NCBI GenBank assembly: GCA_000043285.1
Contig: BX248583.1
Span: forward strand, 673,558 to 705,557
DNA from: Candidatus Blochmanniella floridana
Lineage (GTDB): Bacteria; Pseudomonadota; Gammaproteobacteria; Enterobacterales; Enterobacteriaceae
Reading direction: 5' to 3'
DNA length: 32,000 nucleotides
Part shown: one piece after another, positions 17,349 to 28,347 of the stretch
How the letters are laid out: the number at the start of each line of letters is the position of its first letter
Position numbering within the stretch: position 1 is the stretch's first letter
Translations under genes and position numbers: made by a program
Notes under the pieces: generated by a model
Seen by the model: the letters and a program-made list of their open reading frames with translations, nothing else
Database searches by the model: none
What the model was told of the DNA's origin: nothing

Positions 17349-18989
17349 TTAGCTTATTCGTTTCCATCCTATTATCCATATAAAAATTCCAAATATACAT
17401 AAATATATAGGAAGAGTTTCAATTTTTTTGAATTGCATAAAACAGAAAATACTACTAATAATTAATATTAATCCAATTCCAAATAAGAATAAAGCTTGAG
17501 CATTGCGTGTGCGTTGTATGCGTAATTCTTGTGTGAGAATATTGATATTTTTTTTTATTTCGAATGAATATTTTAATTCATTGGATAATAATAATGGTAA
17601 TTCTGGAAATTTATTTATCCAGCAAGGTATTTTATCTTTTAAAATATGTATTATTTTTGAGAATTGTAGTTGTTCTTGCATCCAGTTTTCTAAAAATGGT
17701 TTTGCAGATTGCCATAAATTTAAATGAGGGTATAATTGCCTTACTATTCCTTCAATGTATAATAAAGTTTTTTGTAGTAAAATTAGTTGAGGTTGTATTT
17801 CCATTTGAAAGTATCGAGCAATATTAAATAAATGTAATAATACGCTACTGAATGGAATATCTATTAGTGGTTTTTCGAAAATTGGTTCAAATACTGTTCT
17901 TATTTCATATTCAAAATCTTCGATATTGGTATCAATAGGAATCCAACCAGAATCTAAATGTAATTCTGCTATTTTTCGATAATCACGATTAAAAAATGCA
18001 ATAAAATTAGATGCTAGATAATATTTGTCTTTTTTATTTAAAGATCCCATAATTCCACAATCAATACTAATATATTGTGGGTTTTGTGGATTTTTATAAT
18101 TAATAAAAATGTTACCAGGATGCATATCTCCATGAAAGAAACTATCTCGAAAGACTTGAGTAAAAAATATTTCTACTCCTCTTTCTGCTAATAATTTCAT
18201 ATCGATACCTTGTTTTTTTAATTTTTCTGTTTCATATATAGGAATACCATAAATACGCTCCATAACCATTATATTTTCCCGACAAAAATCTACATATACT
18301 TCTGGAATATATAATATATTGCTGGATTTAAAATTTCTTTTTAGTTTTATAGTATTAGCTGTTTCTTTAAGTAGGTTAAGTTCATTAAAAAGAATTTTTT
18401 TATATTCCAATACTATTTTTGAGAATTTAAATTGTTGTCTTTTTGGAAATAATTTATATGCCCATTTCGATAATTTATACATTAGATTAATATCTGTTTT
18501 GATAATAGGTATAATTCCAGGACGAATGATTTTAATGATTATGTTTTGACCGTTTTTTTTTAATTTTGCAGAATGTACTTGAGAGATTGATGCAGATGCT
18601 AATGGGATTTCTTGAAAATCTTCAAACCATTTTTCTAAAGGATTTCCTATAGATTGTTCTATATATAGTTTAGCTAATGCTCCATCGAAAGGTTTAACTT
18701 GATCTTGTAACATTACTAATTGATTTGTAATAGAATTAGATAAAATATCTCTGCGAGTAGAAAGCATTTGACCAAATTTAATCCATATTGGTCCTAATTC
18801 TTGTAATGCTAATCGAAATCGTTCTCCTAATGATAAATGGGAATGTTTATTAAAGAATTTTAATAAAAATTGATTTCCTATGTTGAGAGGAAAGATTAAC
18901 CGGTTAGTTGGAATGCAATCAGATAATCCATATAATAATATTATGCGTATAATGTAACAGAATCTATTTATATTCTTAAAAATCATCAT
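17349..18989 (-). CDS. ubiB: ubiquinone biosynthesis protein kinase-like UbiB
   Basis: 546 aa, the same length as E. coli UbiB. [28 protein letters not shown] is nearly identical to E. coli [35 protein letters not shown]-like and [11 protein letters not shown] kinase-like motifs are present, with C-terminal transmembrane helices. Confidence 0.95.
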   Translation of the reverse strand: [546 protein letters not shown]

Positions 18990-19547
18990 GATATTTTTTA
19001 TAATTTTGTAAGTATTAAAATAAAAATTTTTTAATTTTGAATATATATTATATTTTTTATAAAATTAAAATAATTTTAATGTATTAGAGTAATTTGTTTG
19101 TTTGTTAATGATTGAAAGTTTTAGGTATAGTGTTAAAATATTTTTAATTATTTAAAAGAATTTGCATGTAAATATTTAAGTATGTTATTTATTTAATGAT
19201 AGGTACAAATTAAATAATTAGTTTATATATACACTTTTTATTGGTTTTTTTGGTGATTAATGAATGTATTTGTATTTTTGGAAGCAAAACATTAATAATT
19301 TCGTGATTCATTGTCATTTTAGTATATAAAAGTATTCAATTTATTTGTTGTATTATATAGTTTTTATTATTTATTAAAATATTTAAATATATGTACGATT
19401 TGAATTAAAATAAAAGATTGAGAGATTTTAGTTTTAATATTAATTATAAAACGAAGATTAAATTGATGTTAATTTTTTATTGATGTAAAATTAATTAGTA
19501 ATTTATTTTATTAATTTATTGATATATATTAATGTATAGTATTATAT

Positions 19548-20312
19548 TTAATATTTGTAAGCGCAATGTAAGGCCGCAATGCCCCCTGTCATATTAAAAT
19601 ATTGAACATCATTAAATCCTATACTTAATATCATATTTTTTAATGTTTCTTGATCTGGATGCATTCGAATGGATTCAACAAGATATTGATAACTTTTAGA
19701 ATCTTGTGCTATTATTTTTCCTATTTTAGGAATAATATGAAATGAGTATAAATCATATAATATAGTCAATAATTTTGATGTAGGTATGCTAAAATCTAAA
19801 ATTAATAATTTTCCTCCAGGGCGTAAGACTCTGTATATTTCGTATAAAGATTTTTGTTTATATGTAAAATTTCGTAATCCAAAAGAAATAGCAACACAAT
19901 TAAAGGTGTTTTCAGAAAAGGGTAAGAATTCTGCATTAGCTTGTATATAGTGAACGTTATTTAATATTCCTAAATTTCTTAGTTTTTTTTGACCTAATCT
20001 CAACATTGTGTCGTTATTATCTAATAGTATAACTATTCCTTTTTTTCCTACTAATTTAGAGAATTTAATACTTAGATCTCCAGTACCTCCAGCTAAATCT
20101 AATACTTTGTAGCCGTTATGTACTTCGCTTTGTTGGATTAAAAATTGTTTCCATATTCTATGAATTCCAAAAGACATTAAATCATTCATTAAATCATATT
20201 TAGTAGCTACTTTATGAAAGACGTTAGATACTAAGTATGATTTAATGAATGTGGGAACATTTTGAAATCCAAAATGCGTTATTGTATTTTTTTTTATTTT
20301 TTTTTTATACAT
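19548..20312 (-). CDS. ubiE: demethylmenaquinone/ubiquinone C-methyltransferase
   Basis: 254 aa. HFGF, YDLMND.MS.G.HR.WK, the SAM motif [16 protein letters not shown] and LRPGG.L..L.FS match E. coli UbiE (251 aa). Confidence 0.95.
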   Translation of the reverse strand: MYKKKIKKNTITHFGFQNVPTFIKSYLVSNVFHKVATKYDLMNDLMSFGIHRIWKQFLIQQSEVHNGYKVLDLAGGTGDLSIKFSKLVGKKGIVILLDNNDTMLRLGQKKLRNLGILNNVHYIQANAEFLPFSENTFNCVAISFGLRNFTYKQKSLYEIYRVLRPGGKLLILDFSIPTSKLLTILYDLYSFHIIPKIGKIIAQDSKSYQYLVESIRMHPDQETLKNMILSIGFNDVQYFNMTGGIAALHCAYKY

Positions 20313-20418
20313 TATTTATACATGATATCGTATAATCTTGAAATTTTATATATAATTATATAAGTGAATACAAATGTAATTAATTGATGCAATGAATACA
20401 TTGTATGAAAAATATATC

Positions 20419-21903
20419 TTATAGATCACTATCTAATGATGATGGATTATGTGAAGATTCAGATATATTACTGGAAATAATTGGTTGTTTAATTTGTACT
20501 CCTAATTTTCTAAATCCTTCTATTTGAGTAATGATATTGCCTTTACCTTCAGAAAGTTTATTTTTTGCTGAATTGTACATGGTTTCAGTTTTATGTAAAT
20601 AAAATCCAATTTTATTTACATCTTCCATAAATAATCGTAATTTATCATATAATCTTCCTGCTTTTTCAGCAATTTTTTTTGCATGTAAATTTTGATGTTC
20701 ATAGCGCCATAAATTATGAATGGTACGTAGTGCTACTAATAAAGTAGTAGGACTAACTAACATAATATTTCGATTCATAGCATCCGTTAATAATGTTGGA
20801 TCTTTTTCAATAGCTATCGAAAATGCTGACTCAATGGGTATAAACATTAAAATGTAATCGAGTGTCTTTAATTGAAATAATTCTTGATAATTTTTTTTAT
20901 TCAGAGATTTTATATGAGTTCGAAGGGAGTGTATATGATCATTCATAGCTGTTTGTTTATCTTTTTTGTCGTTATAATTAAAATAACGTTCATAGGCTAT
21001 CAATGATACTTTAGCATCAATTATTACATTTTTTCCATTTGGTAAGTGTACAATTACATCAGGTTGTAATTTGCGTCCATTAGTCTCTTGAATATTTACT
21101 TGTAGATGAAATTCATGACCTTCACGCATGCCGGATGTTTCTAAAGTTCGAGTTAGGATTACTTCTCCCCAATTTCCTTGAGTTTTATTGTTACCTTTTA
21201 AAGCTTGTGTTAAATTGATAGCTTCTTGTGTAATTTTGGTATTTAATTGGTGTAAATTATGAATTTCATAAGTTAAATCATTTCTCATACGTTCTTCTTT
21301 AGAAAAATTATCTTGTATTTGTTTTTTAAATGTATTTAATTGTTCCTGTAATGGATATAGTACATTATTAAGGGTTAAACGATTTTGCTCATGAATTTTA
21401 ATTCTACTGTGATCAAAAATGCGATTGGCTAAATTTTCAAATTGCATTGTTAATCGATTTTCACTATTAATGAGTAATTTTTCCTTTTCTGTAGCAGATA
21501 ATTTGTATTCTTCTAATCGAATACGTAATTCTTTTAATTCTAATTCTTGTGTATGATTTGTATTTAATTGAATGTTTAATTTAGCATTTATTTGTTCATA
21601 TTTTTGTTGATAACAACTTATTAATTTTAAACGTTCTTCTACTGCTGAAAGCTTGCTATTTAATTCATATGTATATTGTAATGCATTATACAGTTTTTTT
21701 TCTATGTTATTACGTAGAGTGGATTCATTGTTTAAGTCTTGAATAGTTGTCTTCAAGGTTTGTTCGTATTTTATACAATTATTTTTATATTTTTTAATGT
21801 TTTTTTGTATTTTTTTTGTATAAAAAAAATACAAAAAAACTATTATTAAATTTAAACTGATTATTAAGTAAATAAAAATTGAAAATTTTTTCATATTCAT
21901 CAT
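20419..21903 (-). CDS. rmuC: DNA recombination protein RmuC
   Basis: An N-terminal transmembrane helix and long coiled-coil, then KTQGNWGEVILTR, LQPDVIVHLP.GK.V.IDAK..L.AYERYFN, LDY.LMFIP.E.AF and NIMLVSPTTLLVALRTI.NLWRYEHQ, close to E. coli RmuC. The track start is TTG 21909; the ATG at 21903 is more likely. Confidence 0.9.
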   Translation of the reverse strand: MMNMKKFSIFIYLIISLNLIIVFLYFFYTKKIQKNIKKYKNNCIKYEQTLKTTIQDLNNESTLRNNIEKKLYNALQYTYELNSKLSAVEERLKLISCYQQKYEQINAKLNIQLNTNHTQELELKELRIRLEEYKLSATEKEKLLINSENRLTMQFENLANRIFDHSRIKIHEQNRLTLNNVLYPLQEQLNTFKKQIQDNFSKEERMRNDLTYEIHNLHQLNTKITQEAINLTQALKGNNKTQGNWGEVILTRTLETSGMREGHEFHLQVNIQETNGRKLQPDVIVHLPNGKNVIIDAKVSLIAYERYFNYNDKKDKQTAMNDHIHSLRTHIKSLNKKNYQELFQLKTLDYILMFIPIESAFSIAIEKDPTLLTDAMNRNIMLVSPTTLLVALRTIHNLWRYEHQNLHAKKIAEKAGRLYDKLRLFMEDVNKIGFYLHKTETMYNSAKNKLSEGKGNIITQIEGFRKLGVQIKQPIISSNISESSHNPSSLDSDL

Positions 21904-22004
21904 TGACAATGATTATATGTTGTAGATATTGAAGATTGTGTAAATAATCATTGATTATAAATTAATAATTGGAATATTTTATGTTTAATGAATGTATATT
22001 TTAT

Positions 22005-22805
22005 TCATGTATTATAATTGTGTTTATTCAAGAAAATGTTATTTTGGTTGCTGAGTAACATTTTTGCCGCTTTTATTACGGATTGTATTGCTATGTTTTC
22101 AGCATGTAGCACTGAATCTAAATTTGGTATTTCTTTTTGAGTTCTATTGACAATAATACCTACTATAGATCCTGCTCGTAAATTTTTTTGACTTGCACAC
22201 ATAGTGAGTAATGTAGCTGATTCCATTTCATAGCCCATAACACCCATATTTTTCCATTCTTCCATAGAACCTTTTAACTTTTTTATGACCCAACCAGAGT
22301 ATGTATTTAATCTTTCTTGTCCAGGATAAAATGTATCTGAGGATACATTAATACCCCAGTATGTTTTAGAACTGATTGCTTGTGCAGATTGTATTAAAGC
22401 TAAACTGCATGATAGATCAGCAACTGCTGGGAATTCTAATGGAGCAAAATGTTGGCTGGCTCCGTCGTATCTAACAGCAGCAGTGACTATTAATACACTA
22501 CCTACTGTTAGGTATGGTTGTATAGCTCCAGCAGTTCCTATTCTTAAAAAAATTCGTATTCCGAGTTGTGATAGTTCTTCTACTACTATGGAAGTAGAAG
22601 GTCCTCCAATTCCGGTGGAACAAATAATAATTTTATTTTTGTTTAAGTTTGCTGACCATATAGTAAATTCTCGGTTTTTAGAAATATATTTTGGATTATC
22701 CATTAGTAAGGCAATTTTTTTTACTCGATCTGGATCTCCAGGTAAAATGGCTAATTTTATATTATTGATTTCTTTAGAATTTAAATTTAAATGAAATGTA
22801 TGCAT
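22005..22805 (-). CDS. udp: uridine phosphorylase
   Basis: LAI.PGDPDRV.KIA, CSTGIGGPSTSI.VEEL.QLGIR.FLRIGT.GAIQP, HFAPLEFPAVAD, FYPGQER..TYSG, GSMEEW..MGVM.YEMESATLLTMCASQ and IVNRTQ.EIP are near-identical to E. coli Udp. The track start is TTG 22820; the ATG at 22805 (MHTFHL..) matches the E. coli N-terminus. Confidence 0.95.
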   Translation of the reverse strand: MHTFHLNLNSKEINNIKLAILPGDPDRVKKIALLMDNPKYISKNREFTIWSANLNKNKIIICSTGIGGPSTSIVVEELSQLGIRIFLRIGTAGAIQPYLTVGSVLIVTAAVRYDGASQHFAPLEFPAVADLSCSLALIQSAQAISSKTYWGINVSSDTFYPGQERLNTYSGWVIKKLKGSMEEWKNMGVMGYEMESATLLTMCASQKNLRAGSIVGIIVNRTQKEIPNLDSVLHAENIAIQSVIKAAKMLLSNQNNIFLNKHNYNT

Positions 22806-22868
22806 TGGTGATACAACCAAATTTTGTTGTTAGTAGTGATTACAATAACATGTGATTAATACGATTTT

Positions 22869-25178
22869 TTAATTATTTAAACCATTATTAATACGAAGTG
22901 TTTTTGCAGCAATAACCATATTATTTAAGGATTCTCTTATTTCATTCCATGATCGTGTTTTTAATCCGCAATCAGGATTAATCCATAATCGATCTTTTGG
23001 AATATATTGTAATAATTTTTTTAATTTATCCATGATTTCATTGATAGAGGGTTGATGTATGGAATGAATGTCGTATATTCCTGGTCCAATTTCATTTAAT
23101 TTTTTTCCTGCAGTTTTTATAAATTGTAATAATTGTAAGTCTGATCTGGATGATTCAATACTAATTACATCAACATCTAATTTTAAAATATCATCTATTA
23201 TTTCATTGAATTCAGAGTAACACATATGTGTGTGAATTTGTGTATTGTCTTTTACTGATGATACAGTTATTTTAAAAGTATTAATAGCCCATTTTAAATA
23301 ATATGATTGTTCAGATTTTTTCAATGGAAGTCCTTCCCTTAAGGCTGGTTCGTCAATCTGTATTACACCAATGCCAGATTTTTCTAAATCCATTACTTCA
23401 TCTCGTATTGCTAATGCTAATTGCAATGCTATCATATGACGTGGTATATCTTCTCGTGCAAAAGACCATGTCATAATAGTGATGGGACCGGTTAGTATAC
23501 CTTTGACTGGTTTATTTGTCAAAGATTGAGCATAATTTATCCATGGTATGGTGATAGGTATGGGTCTACTAATATCTCCGATAATTATTGGAGGTTTAAT
23601 ACAACGAGATCCATAACTTTGTATCCATCCGTGTTGACTTGATACAAATCCTTTTAAATTTTCTCCAAAATATTCGACCATATCATTACGCTCAGGTTCA
23701 CCGTGTACTAAAATATCTAAGTCTAATTTTTCTTGTTCTTGAATAATCTTCTTAATATATTGTTGAATATGAGTATAATAATAGTCTTCATTAATTTGTT
23801 TGTTTTTAAATTTTAAACGTAATTTTCTGATTTCTGAAGTTTGAGGAAATGAGCCGATAGTAGTGGTTGGATATAATGGTAAATTAAATCGATTGTGTTG
23901 TAATTTCATGCGTGTGATATGTTTTGTTTTTCGTGAATGATCAAGGGTGATAATATTTTTGCAGCGTTCTTGAACCTGGGGATTATTTATGATATTAGAA
24001 TTCAATCGTTGGATATTTGTATTATAGTATTTTTTAAGTATGTTTTGTTGATCAGAATTATCATTATGATTGGAGTTTAAAGCATCACATAATAACTTTA
24101 TTTCAGAACATTTTTGTATTGCAAATGCAAACCAATTTTTTATATTATTATTTAATTTTGATTCTATATTTAAATCAATAGGGCTATGTAATAAAGAACA
24201 AGACGATCCTATCCATAAAGATCGTTGATGTGTGATGGTGTTTAATTTTAAAAACCAGTCATATAAATTTGTTTTCCATATATTTTTTCCATTAATTATT
24301 CCAGCAGATAAGATCCATTTTTTTGGGAGCTGTTCGTGTAGTAGAGATATATCGTTGTCAGAACAATTAGTTAAATCTATATGTAATCCATTTACTTTGA
24401 GTTGTTTTATTATGGGTAATTGATGATATATTTTACCAAAATAGGTTGTAAGTAATAATTTAATTTTTGTTTGATATAATTGATCATAAGCATGCAGATA
24501 TGCTTTTAGCCATGTTTGTGGTAATTCTAAAACTAACGCAGGTTCATCAATTTGAATCCACTGAATGTTTTTTTTTGATAATATATTAAATATTTCTTTG
24601 TATACTAATAATAATGATGGTAATAATGATAATCGATCAAATTCTTTTGTTTCTTTTGTTTTTCCGATCCATAAATAGGTAAGTGGTCCAAGTAGAACGG
24701 GTTTAATGGGATGGTTCAAAGATAAAGCTTCATCGATTTCTGCAAGTAACTGAGTGCAATTTAATTTGAATATTTGATTTTGAACAAATTCTGGAACGAT
24801 ATAATGATAATTTGTATTAAACCATTTTTTCATTTCAGAAGGTGTGATAGTAGTGTTATTGATGGAATCTCCTCGAGCGATGCTAAATAACATGTTTAGG
24901 GTATTTTTTTTTTGAGATAAGATATGAAATCTAGTTGGTATATTATTAAGCATAATGCTCATATCTAAGACATGATCATACCAAGAAAAATCTCCGATAG
25001 GGATTAAATTTATTCCAGAATTTATTTGTTGTTTCCAATGACGCATACGTAACATACGTCCTATATCCAGTAATTTATTTTCTGTAATTTTTTTTTCCCA
25101 ATATTGTTCTAAAGCATGTTTTAATTCTCTATATAACCCAATTCTTGGAAAACCTAAAATGTGACTAAGGACTGGCAT
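22869..25178 (-). CDS. metE: cobalamin-independent methionine synthase
   Basis: The N-terminus MPVLSHILGFPRIG aligns with E. coli MTILNHTLGFPRVG. Zn-ligand regions H.HMCYSEF and NPDCGLKTR are present. The ATG at 25178 is preferred over 25190 because it aligns with the E. coli start and has GGAG 6 nt upstream. Confidence 0.95.
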   Translation of the reverse strand: MPVLSHILGFPRIGLYRELKHALEQYWEKKITENKLLDIGRMLRMRHWKQQINSGINLIPIGDFSWYDHVLDMSIMLNNIPTRFHILSQKKNTLNMLFSIARGDSINNTTITPSEMKKWFNTNYHYIVPEFVQNQIFKLNCTQLLAEIDEALSLNHPIKPVLLGPLTYLWIGKTKETKEFDRLSLLPSLLLVYKEIFNILSKKNIQWIQIDEPALVLELPQTWLKAYLHAYDQLYQTKIKLLLTTYFGKIYHQLPIIKQLKVNGLHIDLTNCSDNDISLLHEQLPKKWILSAGIINGKNIWKTNLYDWFLKLNTITHQRSLWIGSSCSLLHSPIDLNIESKLNNNIKNWFAFAIQKCSEIKLLCDALNSNHNDNSDQQNILKKYYNTNIQRLNSNIINNPQVQERCKNIITLDHSRKTKHITRMKLQHNRFNLPLYPTTTIGSFPQTSEIRKLRLKFKNKQINEDYYYTHIQQYIKKIIQEQEKLDLDILVHGEPERNDMVEYFGENLKGFVSSQHGWIQSYGSRCIKPPIIIGDISRPIPITIPWINYAQSLTNKPVKGILTGPITIMTWSFAREDIPRHMIALQLALAIRDEVMDLEKSGIGVIQIDEPALREGLPLKKSEQSYYLKWAINTFKITVSSVKDNTQIHTHMCYSEFNEIIDDILKLDVDVISIESSRSDLQLLQFIKTAGKKLNEIGPGIYDIHSIHQPSINEIMDKLKKLLQYIPKDRLWINPDCGLKTRSWNEIRESLNNMVIAAKTLRINNGLNN

Positions 25179-25420
25179 GATATGCTCCATATTTTATTGA
25201 TATTGATAAATAAATAGAATGTATAGTTTTTAAATTAATATAATAACCAAAACGAGTACCATGCTAGAATGGTATAATGTTATAAATTAAGATGATCAAA
25301 CATAAATTATAATCAGTTAGTATTTAAGTAGTTATTGAAATTTTATTTAATCTTCATAAGTTAGTCAAATTAATTTGGAAAAATACATATTTCTATTAAT
25401 TTAAAAATAGAAAAATGAGA

Positions 25421-26272
25421 TTAATTATTTAAAATTAACTTCATTTTTTTCATAGCGTTTTTTTCTAATTGACGAATACGTTCTGCTGAAATTCCATATT
25501 GGTTGGCTAATTCTTGTAATGTAGTTTTATTATCTGCATTTAACCATCGGGCTCGAATAATATGTTGACTACGTTTATCTAAAGTATTGAGAGCTATATT
25601 TAATTTATTGCTTACTTGATCTATCCATTCTTCTTCATCGTCGATTATAGTAATTTTATCTTGTAAGTATAACATTGGAATGGATAGGATATTTTTGTCA
25701 TCTTCATCTAAATATGGTTGTTCAAGAGTCATATCTTGTGCTGCCATTCTTGATTCCATTTCTCGTACATCTTTACAGGTTACGTGCAAAGTTTTAGCAA
25801 CCATTTCAATTTCTCCTTCGTTGAACCAACCTAAACGTTGTTTAGTTTTTCTTAAATTAAAAAATAATTTTCGTTGAGCTTTAGTAGTAGCAATTTTTAC
25901 GATGCGCCAGTTTTTTAATACATATTCATGGATTTCTGATTTAATCCAGTGTACTGCGAATGATACTAATCGTACATCTAGTTCCGGATTAAAACGTCGA
26001 ATTGATTTCATTAATCCAATATTACCTTCTTGTATAAGATCAGCTTGAGATAATCCATATCCAGAATAATTACGAGCAACATGAATAACAAATCTGAGAT
26101 GTGATACAATAAGTTTTTTTGCTGCATTTAAATCACCATTATAATATAAGTTTTTAGCTAATTTTTGTTCTTCTTCTACTGTTAACATAGGATAAAGATT
26201 AGCTGCTCTGATATAAGCCTCTAAGGTACCTTGGGAAGCTAAAGTGACATTTTTTCGGACATCTTTAATCAT
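25421..26272 (-). CDS. rpoH: RNA polymerase sigma-32 (heat-shock sigma factor)
   Basis: 283 aa, collinear with E. coli RpoH (284 aa): [81 protein letters not shown] (RpoH box) and [16 protein letters not shown] strong AGGAG lies upstream of the ATG. Confidence 0.97.
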   Translation of the reverse strand: MIKDVRKNVTLASQGTLEAYIRAANLYPMLTVEEEQKLAKNLYYNGDLNAAKKLIVSHLRFVIHVARNYSGYGLSQADLIQEGNIGLMKSIRRFNPELDVRLVSFAVHWIKSEIHEYVLKNWRIVKIATTKAQRKLFFNLRKTKQRLGWFNEGEIEMVAKTLHVTCKDVREMESRMAAQDMTLEQPYLDEDDKNILSIPMLYLQDKITIIDDEEEWIDQVSNKLNIALNTLDKRSQHIIRARWLNADNKTTLQELANQYGISAERIRQLEKNAMKKMKLILNN

Positions 26273-26605
26273 GTATTCTCCTAAATAAATTATATGTACA
26301 TGATAATAAAATTATATGTAATTATATGAATGAACTATGTAAAATACGTAAGATATTGATGTGAGAAAATCTATTGAATTATCAAACAATATATTATGTT
26401 TTTTTAAAAAACAGTATGATTAATTATCATATAAAATTCAATTGATTTAAGAGTATCAAAAGTGTTTATTTTAATCAATATTGCTAATTATATAATTATT
26501 TTAATAAATAAAAGATGAAATGATATTTATATTAGTTTGGTCAATGGTTGAATAACTGTTTTATTGTTATTTTTATTAAAATAATTTAGTAAGTGTTTGT
26601 TGTAA

Positions 26606-27532
26606 TTATTTTGTTAAAATAGCTTCTATGAATTCTGTTGCATTGAATATTTGTAAATCTTCGAGGTTCTGACCTATTCCAAGATAACGTATTGGAATAG
26701 AGAAGCAGTTAGATATGGATAAGAGTACACCTCCTTTAGAACTTCCATCTAATTTAGTCATAATTATTCCAGTGATTGTAATGGTTGAATGAAATGTTTT
26801 TAATTGATTAATGGAGTTTTGTCCAATGTTAGAATCTAAAACTAAAATAGTTTCATGAGGAGCATTAGGTTGAATTTTTTTTATTGTTTGTTGAATTTTT
26901 TGTAGTTCTTGTATGTTGTGTATATTATTTTGTAATCTACCTGCAGTATCTATGATTAATATATTTATATTTTGGGAAAGAGCTTTTTGCATAGCATTAA
27001 AAATAATTGAAGCAGAATCAGAGGTAGAATAGTTGGCTATTATTGAAATAGAATCAATATTTTTGGTAAATGTAATTAATTGATCTATTGCTGCAGCTCT
27101 TTTGGTATCTCCTGCTGCTATCATTACGCTTTTATTTTGAGAACGATAATGGTATGCTAATTTTCCAACAGTAGTAGTTTTACCTACTCCATTAACTCCA
27201 ATGACGAGTATAACGAATGGTTGTTGGTTTGTTATGAATAGTGGTTTTTCAACAGGTTTCATAATTTGCAACATACTGTGATGGATGATTTCATAAATAG
27301 ACTTTGAATTTAAATTCATATTCAAAAAAGTGTTTTTTTTGAAATTATTGATGATTTTTTGAGTGGTTTGTATATTAACATCTGATTTGATTAATTGGTT
27401 TTTAATGATATTTATCGTGTCGTGATCAACGATTCTATTATGAAATATATCAAAAATAGAATCTCCTATTTTTTTTCTAGTATTTAATAAACTAGTTTTA
27501 AGTTTGTTAAATAAAGTAAATTTAGTATCCAT
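26606..27532 (-). CDS. ftsY: signal recognition particle receptor FtsY (NG domain only)
   Basis: 308 aa. GTPase motifs GVNGVGKTTT, AAGDT.RAAA, DTAGRL and TKLDG..KGG are present. The N-terminus LFNKLKTSLLNTRKKIG aligns with about residue 200 of the 497-aa E. coli FtsY (FFARLKRSLLKTKENLG). Confidence 0.95.
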   Translation of the reverse strand: MDTKFTLFNKLKTSLLNTRKKIGDSIFDIFHNRIVDHDTINIIKNQLIKSDVNIQTTQKIINNFKKNTFLNMNLNSKSIYEIIHHSMLQIMKPVEKPLFITNQQPFVILVIGVNGVGKTTTVGKLAYHYRSQNKSVMIAAGDTKRAAAIDQLITFTKNIDSISIIANYSTSDSASIIFNAMQKALSQNINILIIDTAGRLQNNIHNIQELQKIQQTIKKIQPNAPHETILVLDSNIGQNSINQLKTFHSTITITGIIMTKLDGSSKGGVLLSISNCFSIPIRYLGIGQNLEDLQIFNATEFIEAILTK

Positions 27533-27625
27533 AATATTGTTTCATTGGTGATTAATGAATAATGTATTATACATATAAATGATTATTTATGAAATTTAAT
27601 ATATAACGTAATTAGTATTAAAAAT

Positions 27626-28216
27626 ATGTCAAGAAAAAGTGGTTATTTAAGAAATGGAAAAATTCGAATTATTGCTGGGAAATGGAAAGGTCGTAAAATA
27701 TTGGTATCGAATCAAGTTGAATTGCGTCCTACTCTTTCTCGAATACGGGAAACTTTATTTGATTGGTTAAATCCTATTATTTCTGGTACTGTTTGTTTAG
27801 ATTGTTTTGCAGGTAGTGGTGCATTAGGTTTAGAATCATTATCTCGAGGAGCTCAAAAGGTAACATTTATAGATCGAAATCTAATTTGCATTTCTGTATT
27901 AGATCAAGTTATTCAGTCTTTGCACGAATATAATGTTAAAATAATACATGCTGATTGTTGTCAGTGGTTGCAGTATTCTAATGATTCTTACGATATTATT
28001 TTTCTTGATCCACCTTTTCGTGATTATATGGTGCTTTTTAAAGTAATATTTTTATTAGAAAAATATAATCATTTTAAAGAAAAATCTTGGATTTATCTCG
28101 AAGTATCTAAAAGTGTAAATATCATAAGTAGTGATAAAATCCCAAGTAGTTGGATATTGTATCGTAAAATAATTACTAAAACTATTTTTTGTTGTCTTTA
28201 TTTGAGAAAGATGTAG
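27626..28216 (+). CDS. rsmD: 16S rRNA (guanine966-N2)-methyltransferase
   Basis: 196 aa. IRIIAGKW.GRK, LRPT..R.RETLF.WL, the SAM motif LDCFAGSGALGLE.LSR and the DPPF catalytic motif match E. coli RsmD (YhhF). It is divergent from ftsY as in E. coli. Confidence 0.9.
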   Translation: MSRKSGYLRNGKIRIIAGKWKGRKILVSNQVELRPTLSRIRETLFDWLNPIISGTVCLDCFAGSGALGLESLSRGAQKVTFIDRNLICISVLDQVIQSLHEYNVKIIHADCCQWLQYSNDSYDIIFLDPPFRDYMVLFKVIFLLEKYNHFKEKSWIYLEVSKSVNIISSDKIPSSWILYRKIITKTIFCCLYLRKM

Positions 28217-28347
28217 TTTTTAGACTAAAAAGTAATATTAGATTATTTTTTATTATTAAATGGAGCGTTGTGGTTATCATATCTAATAATGGAAGTTGGA
28301 TCACATACAAGATACAATGATTTATATATGTAAATGGTATGATAATG

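Noticed and set aside
17503-17827. Two overlapping + strand ORFs (74 and 87 aa), plus the 76-aa ORF at 18319-18549
   Set aside because: All three are antisense within ubiB, which is full length and highly conserved. None has a recognisable motif.
22483-22794. 103-aa ORF on the + strand
   Set aside because: It is antisense within udp. The same reasoning applies to 24232-24423 (within metE), 25680-25877 (within rpoH) and 29888-30070 (within the pgi 5' region).
25270-25278. Extended -10-like TGGTATAAT on the + strand in the metE-rpoH spacer
   Set aside because: It points towards the 3' end of rpoH, so it would drive only antisense RNA. It has no -35 element, and TATAAT-like strings occur by chance throughout this AT-rich sequence. 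I also looked for MetJ boxes (AGACGTCT) upstream of metE and metA and saw none.
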